DNA of 64,000 nucleotides from an uncultured Paraglaciecola sp. (GTDB lineage: Bacteria > Pseudomonadota > Gammaproteobacteria > Enterobacterales > Alteromonadaceae). This document shows positions 60,280-64,000 of the stretch, in pieces; the stretch's first letter is position 1, and every line of letters starts with the position of its first letter. The translations under genes and the position numbers were made by a program. A model generated the notes under the pieces. The model was not told where the DNA came from. It saw only the letters and a program-made list of their open reading frames with translations, and ran no database searches. The DNA lies in assembly GCF_913020055.1 (NCBI RefSeq), contig NZ_CAJWCF010000006.1, forward strand, positions 8,273-72,272. Direction: 5' to 3'.

Positions 60280-61143
60280 TTACTGCCCGTTATACAAAGT
60301 GGCAATCCACTTTTCCTCATTAATAAAACTCCATGACCAAGCTTGGTATTTTTCACCAAGGCCTTTGGTCACAGCATCTTCAAGACTCATACCTTTGGCT
60401 TTCATGCTTTTTACCATGGCAGCAGTATTAATGATCATATCCAAGGCATTTTGATAGTCGGCTTTGGTCGCTAACTTACCGTGCCCTGGGATTATTTTTG
60501 TATCGTCTTTAAGCATACTAATGAGTTTAGTGGCGTTCTTAATATAACCGGCAACTGTGCCACCGCCATTTAAATCGATGTACGGAAAACGGCCTTCAAA
60601 GAACAAGTCTCCTGGGTGTAAGACATTGGCTTCTTCAAACCAAACGACACTGTCGCTATCTGTATGACCTGCTGGCAAATGCATGACTTTGATGGTGTCG
60701 CCATTAAAATGAAAAGTCACACCTTGTTGATAAGTCACCACAGGTAATTCGGCATGAGTGTGGTCTTCTTTACTTGCTAGACGTTTACGCACATTGTCAT
60801 GAGCAAAGATGGTACTACCTTTAATTTCTTTGAAATAGGCGTTAGAACCAGTGTGATCACCGTGGTAGTGAGTGTTTACAACATACTTCATAGGAGTCTT
60901 CGCAATATTACCAATAGCTGTGGCTATTTTTTCGGCTAGTGGTGCAAATTGGTCATCAATGATTAAGATACCTTCGTCACCAGCGGATACGCCAATATTG
61001 CCCCCCATACCCTCTAACATGTGTACTGAGCCGCTAACTGGTTGACTGGTGATTTCGACATCGGCAAATCTGTCTTGGGCAATAACCGAACTGGTTGAAA
61101 ATAGTGCGGTAATGGCAGTAAACAATATAATTTTAGCGCGCAT
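60280..61143 (-). CDS. Exported metallo-beta-lactamase-fold hydrolase
   Basis: Signal peptide; NTHYHGDH (HxHxDH), GHTDSD, GDL, IPGHG. Confidence 0.88.
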   Translation of the reverse strand: MRAKIILFTAITALFSTSSVIAQDRFADVEITSQPVSGSVHMLEGMGGNIGVSAGDEGILIIDDQFAPLAEKIATAIGNIAKTPMKYVVNTHYHGDHTGSNAYFKEIKGSTIFAHDNVRKRLASKEDHTHAELPVVTYQQGVTFHFNGDTIKVMHLPAGHTDSDSVVWFEEANVLHPGDLFFEGRFPYIDLNGGGTVAGYIKNATKLISMLKDDTKIIPGHGKLATKADYQNALDMIINTAAMVKSMKAKGMSLEDAVTKGLGEKYQAWSWSFINEEKWIATLYNGQ

Positions 61144-61237
61144 GGTTAATGTTCCTTAGTTAATAAAAAGTAAATCTAGACGTTTATAACAACTAGATAC
61201 AAACTATGCAGCAAATAAGATCTTAAAGATAACCTGC

Positions 61238-62965
61238 ATGTTTGAATTTACAAAACGTATTAGCTTTATATTCTTTGTTATCAGTCTGGCAACTGCTTTC
61301 TACATTAACTTTAAAGTTAACCCGACTTGGGTTGAAAGCCAGTTGCAATATCAAACATATAATAATGAGTTGGGTCAGTTGGTGTATCGCGCAAGTGGGC
61401 AAGAGAACCTAATAAAGGACCCAATTCCCTATACCGATTCGCCTCTTCGCCAATCAATACTGAATAATCAACAAACCAAGCCTTCCCTCTCACAGCAATG
61501 GGTATATAAAAATAATATAGATGATGTGGTGTTACTTAAGGCGGATTTTCATTTTGGCATTTGGTCGTTATTACCTGCTTTAGTCGCGGTTGTATTGTGC
61601 TTGATGACTCGTGAACCTTTAGTCGCATTGTTTAGCGGGATAGTGATTGGCGCTGTGATGTTAGGACGATTCGATATCACTCATGAGGTATTTATTCCGA
61701 ATGTAGGAACCTCGAGTGCAGCTTCTATCTTAATTTTATATCTATGGTTGCTTGGAGGGTTAATGGGGATGTGGGCAAAAACAGGTGCTGCACAAGCCTT
61801 TGCTGACCATATGAGTGAGCATTATGTAAAAGGGCCACGTTCAGCCAAAGTAGTTACTTGGTTCTTGGGTTTGGTATTCTTCCAAGGCGGTACCATGAGT
61901 ACGGTATTGGTAGGCACCACGGTGAAACCCATTGCTGATAAGGCTGGCGTTAGTCATGAAGAGCTTAGTTACGTGGTAGATTCTACCGCTTCACCTATTG
62001 CTTCTATTATTGCATTCAATGCTTGGCCTGCTTATGTTCAAGCCTTTCTGTTTATTCCAGGTGTGGCTTTTTTGGCCACAGAAAGTGACAGGATAGCGTT
62101 CTTTTTTGCCAGTATCCCTTTTAGTTTTTACGCTATTTTTGCTGTTTTAGGCACTTTATTACTGAGTTTAAATATCACCACCTTTAGTGGTTCTCCACTT
62201 AGAAAAGCCATTAAACGAGTGGCTGAAACCGGTGAGTTGGACGCGCCTAATGCTTCACCAATTAGTGCCAAAGAATTACACCTAAGCCAAGCTCCAGATG
62301 GATATGAAGCGCATAGACTAGAATTTATTCTGCCTTTAGTAAGCCTAATTGTAATTGCCATTGGTTCCTATTTTGTTACGGGTTCACCAAAAATTCACTG
62401 GGCATTTTCAGGGGCTTTGTTTTTGTCCATATTTATGGCGTTGGCAAAAGGTATGGCACTTCAACAGGTGTTAGAAGGTTTTGGTAATGGATTAAAAGGA
62501 GTGGTAGTCGCTTCGGTTATATTAATGTTTGCGTTAACTATAGGTGTACTTAGTAAACAGCTGGGCGGAGGTATTTATTTGGTGGAATCCTTGGGCGAAC
62601 ATATACCCTTTTGGTGTTTACCCATAATATTACAACTGATGACCATGCTTATTGCTTTCTCAACAGGCACCAGTTGGGGGACTTACGCAATTGCCTTTCC
62701 TTTAGGTTTGCCTTTGGCATGGACGATCGCGCAAACCCAAGGCCTAGATAACCCCGAGTTATTTATGATGGTATGTTTTGCAACAATACTTAATGGCAGT
62801 GTATATGGTGACCAATGTTCACCTATATCAGATACTACGATTCTGAGTTCTATGACCACAGGCTGTGATTTAATGGATCATGTAAAATCACAAATTGTAC
62901 CCGCTACTTATGCAGCGATCCTCGCAGGAGGGCTGTGGACGGCTACCGTTTTGTTTTTCGCCTAA
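61238..62965 (+). CDS. Na+/H+ antiporter NhaC family protein with N-terminal extension
   Basis: WSLLPALVAVVL, SYVVDSTASP, FSTGTSWGT, GSVYGDQCSPISDTTILSS, DHVKSQ. Confidence 0.88.
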   Translation: MFEFTKRISFIFFVISLATAFYINFKVNPTWVESQLQYQTYNNELGQLVYRASGQENLIKDPIPYTDSPLRQSILNNQQTKPSLSQQWVYKNNIDDVVLLKADFHFGIWSLLPALVAVVLCLMTREPLVALFSGIVIGAVMLGRFDITHEVFIPNVGTSSAASILILYLWLLGGLMGMWAKTGAAQAFADHMSEHYVKGPRSAKVVTWFLGLVFFQGGTMSTVLVGTTVKPIADKAGVSHEELSYVVDSTASPIASIIAFNAWPAYVQAFLFIPGVAFLATESDRIAFFFASIPFSFYAIFAVLGTLLLSLNITTFSGSPLRKAIKRVAETGELDAPNASPISAKELHLSQAPDGYEAHRLEFILPLVSLIVIAIGSYFVTGSPKIHWAFSGALFLSIFMALAKGMALQQVLEGFGNGLKGVVVASVILMFALTIGVLSKQLGGGIYLVESLGEHIPFWCLPIILQLMTMLIAFSTGTSWGTYAIAFPLGLPLAWTIAQTQGLDNPELFMMVCFATILNGSVYGDQCSPISDTTILSSMTTGCDLMDHVKSQIVPATYAAILAGGLWTATVLFFA

Positions 62966-62973
62966 CGTACTGC

Positions 62974-63024
62974 TTGAGTATATTGATTTTGTAAATGAAA
63001 CATTGGCTTAATCAATATACTCAA
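62974..63024. repeat. Perfect 15-bp inverted repeat with a 21-nt spacer; one arm is the last codons of the DUF1653 gene
   Basis: TTGAGTATATTGATT (62974-62988) and AATCAATATACTCAA (63010-63024). Confidence 0.85.
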
Positions 63025-63217
63025 ATCTGGGTTTTGTTACACCATCAACTTGTACTGTTTCAATAAACATTTCCAAAGGTCTAACCCATAAACCCCTTGC
63101 ACCATATAAGGGCTGATAAACCACTAATTCGGTTTCATCTTCTGAATGTTTAGCTACGCCAATGACTTCATATTCATTGCCTTTGTAATGACGGTAACGC
63201 CCTATTTCCAATGACAT
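63008..63217 (-). CDS. DUF1653 domain protein
   Basis: GRYRHYKGNEYEV, HSEDETELVVYQPLYG, LWVRPLEMF. Confidence 0.92.
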   Translation of the reverse strand: MSLEIGRYRHYKGNEYEVIGVAKHSEDETELVVYQPLYGARGLWVRPLEMFIETVQVDGVTKPRFEYID

Positions 63218-63232
63218 ATTTATTCCTCGTTG

Positions 63233-64000
63233 TTAGGAGATACTATTGTTTAACTGCAGATTTTTTTGTCTTACCTGTTGCCATGAAATCACTATCAGTT
63301 GTACTGCAATGATAATAAAGCTAGCCAGTAATAAACCACGCCACTCTATTAGGTAAAGAAATATACCAGCGCTCAGGGCTGCTGTGGCTTGACAGCCGAA
63401 CACCAAAAATTCATTTAATCCTTGGACTTTAAATCTTTCGCTAGGCTGATAACTCTTAGCGAGTAATACCGTACCGCCAACAAACAGAAAATTCCAACCA
63501 ATACCTAATAACACCAACGCACTCCAATAGCTTAGCCATTGACTGCCAGTTAACGCGATTAAGATAGTGGTGATATAGGCAGATAACCCTAAGTAGATGC
63601 TCTTTGAGGTACCCAATTTACTGATTAACCAACCACTAAACAATGAGGGAAAAAACATCGCGAATATATGGCTTTGGATAACCCACTTTGTATCCTGCAA
63701 GGAATAAGCTTCATGCACGTGCATATGTACAGGTGTGGCCGTCATAATAAAACTCATTAATGCATAACCCACTACTGAAGCCGAAACTGCCAAAATAAAC
63801 ACTGGTTGGCTTGCTATAACACTTAATTTCCGGCCGGTTTCTGCAGACTTATGTTGCGCTACGTGGGTATTATCGATTCGAGTAAACAGAAAGCTACATA
63901 ACAACAATAAAGCTGCCATTAAATAAAATGCACCGACGAAAATTTGCTCGGTAATTAGCTGACCAATGGTCACTAACTCTGGCCCTAAGATAGCGGCTAC
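63233..64000 (-). CDS. MFS transporter, C-terminal part (5' end outside the window)
   Basis: The frame is open to 64000 (VAAILGPELVTIG...); FIMTATP, IQSHIFAMFFPS, LGIGWNFLFVGGT. Confidence 0.88.
   Translation of the reverse strand, partial: VAAILGPELVTIGQLITEQIFVGAFYLMAALLLLCSFLFTRIDNTHVAQHKSAETGRKLSVIASQPVFILAVSASVVGYALMSFIMTATPVHMHVHEAYSLQDTKWVIQSHIFAMFFPSLFSGWLISKLGTSKSIYLGLSAYITTILIALTGSQWLSYWSALVLLGIGWNFLFVGGTVLLAKSYQPSERFKVQGLNEFLVFGCQATAALSAGIFLYLIEWRGLLLASFIIIAVQLIVISWQQVRQKNLQLNNSIS

Overview
A 64-kb chromosomal window from a marine gammaproteobacterium. Gene content and order suggest Alteromonadaceae such as Paraglaciecola or Glaciecola (inference; no database search was run). The right half is mostly core: the nnr-tsaE-amiB-mutL-miaA-hfq-hflX-hflK-hflC superoperon with divergent queG, plus cysG, deaD, fpr, a tRNA m6A37 methyltransferase and a PEP-CTERM system TPR lipoprotein. 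The left half is accessory: an RND efflux pair (the permease runs off the window edge and is missing from the ORF track), a DcsG-like ATP-grasp enzyme, a six-gene glycerol-type (GlpSTPQUV-like) ABC importer with no glpK/glpD beside it, and a decayed IS91-family transposase. The strongest candidate for an uncharacterised system is a four-gene cassette under a Fur-like operator: cadherin-DUF4856-type lipoprotein, imelysin lipoprotein, FecA-like TonB-dependent receptor, and His-box sterol-desaturase-family membrane protein. Other notable items: a fused (eukaryote-type) 5-oxoprolinase paired with an NRAMP-fold transporter lacking its metal ligands; a degenerate GGDEF gene, its decayed duplicate, and a frameshifted TIGR02285-like gene between them; a YHYH lipoprotein with a direct-repeat promoter; and a 16-bp tandem repeat in the deaD leader. 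I recognised no rRNA, tRNA, CRISPR array or intact mobile element. Family names come from motif recognition by eye and need HMM confirmation.
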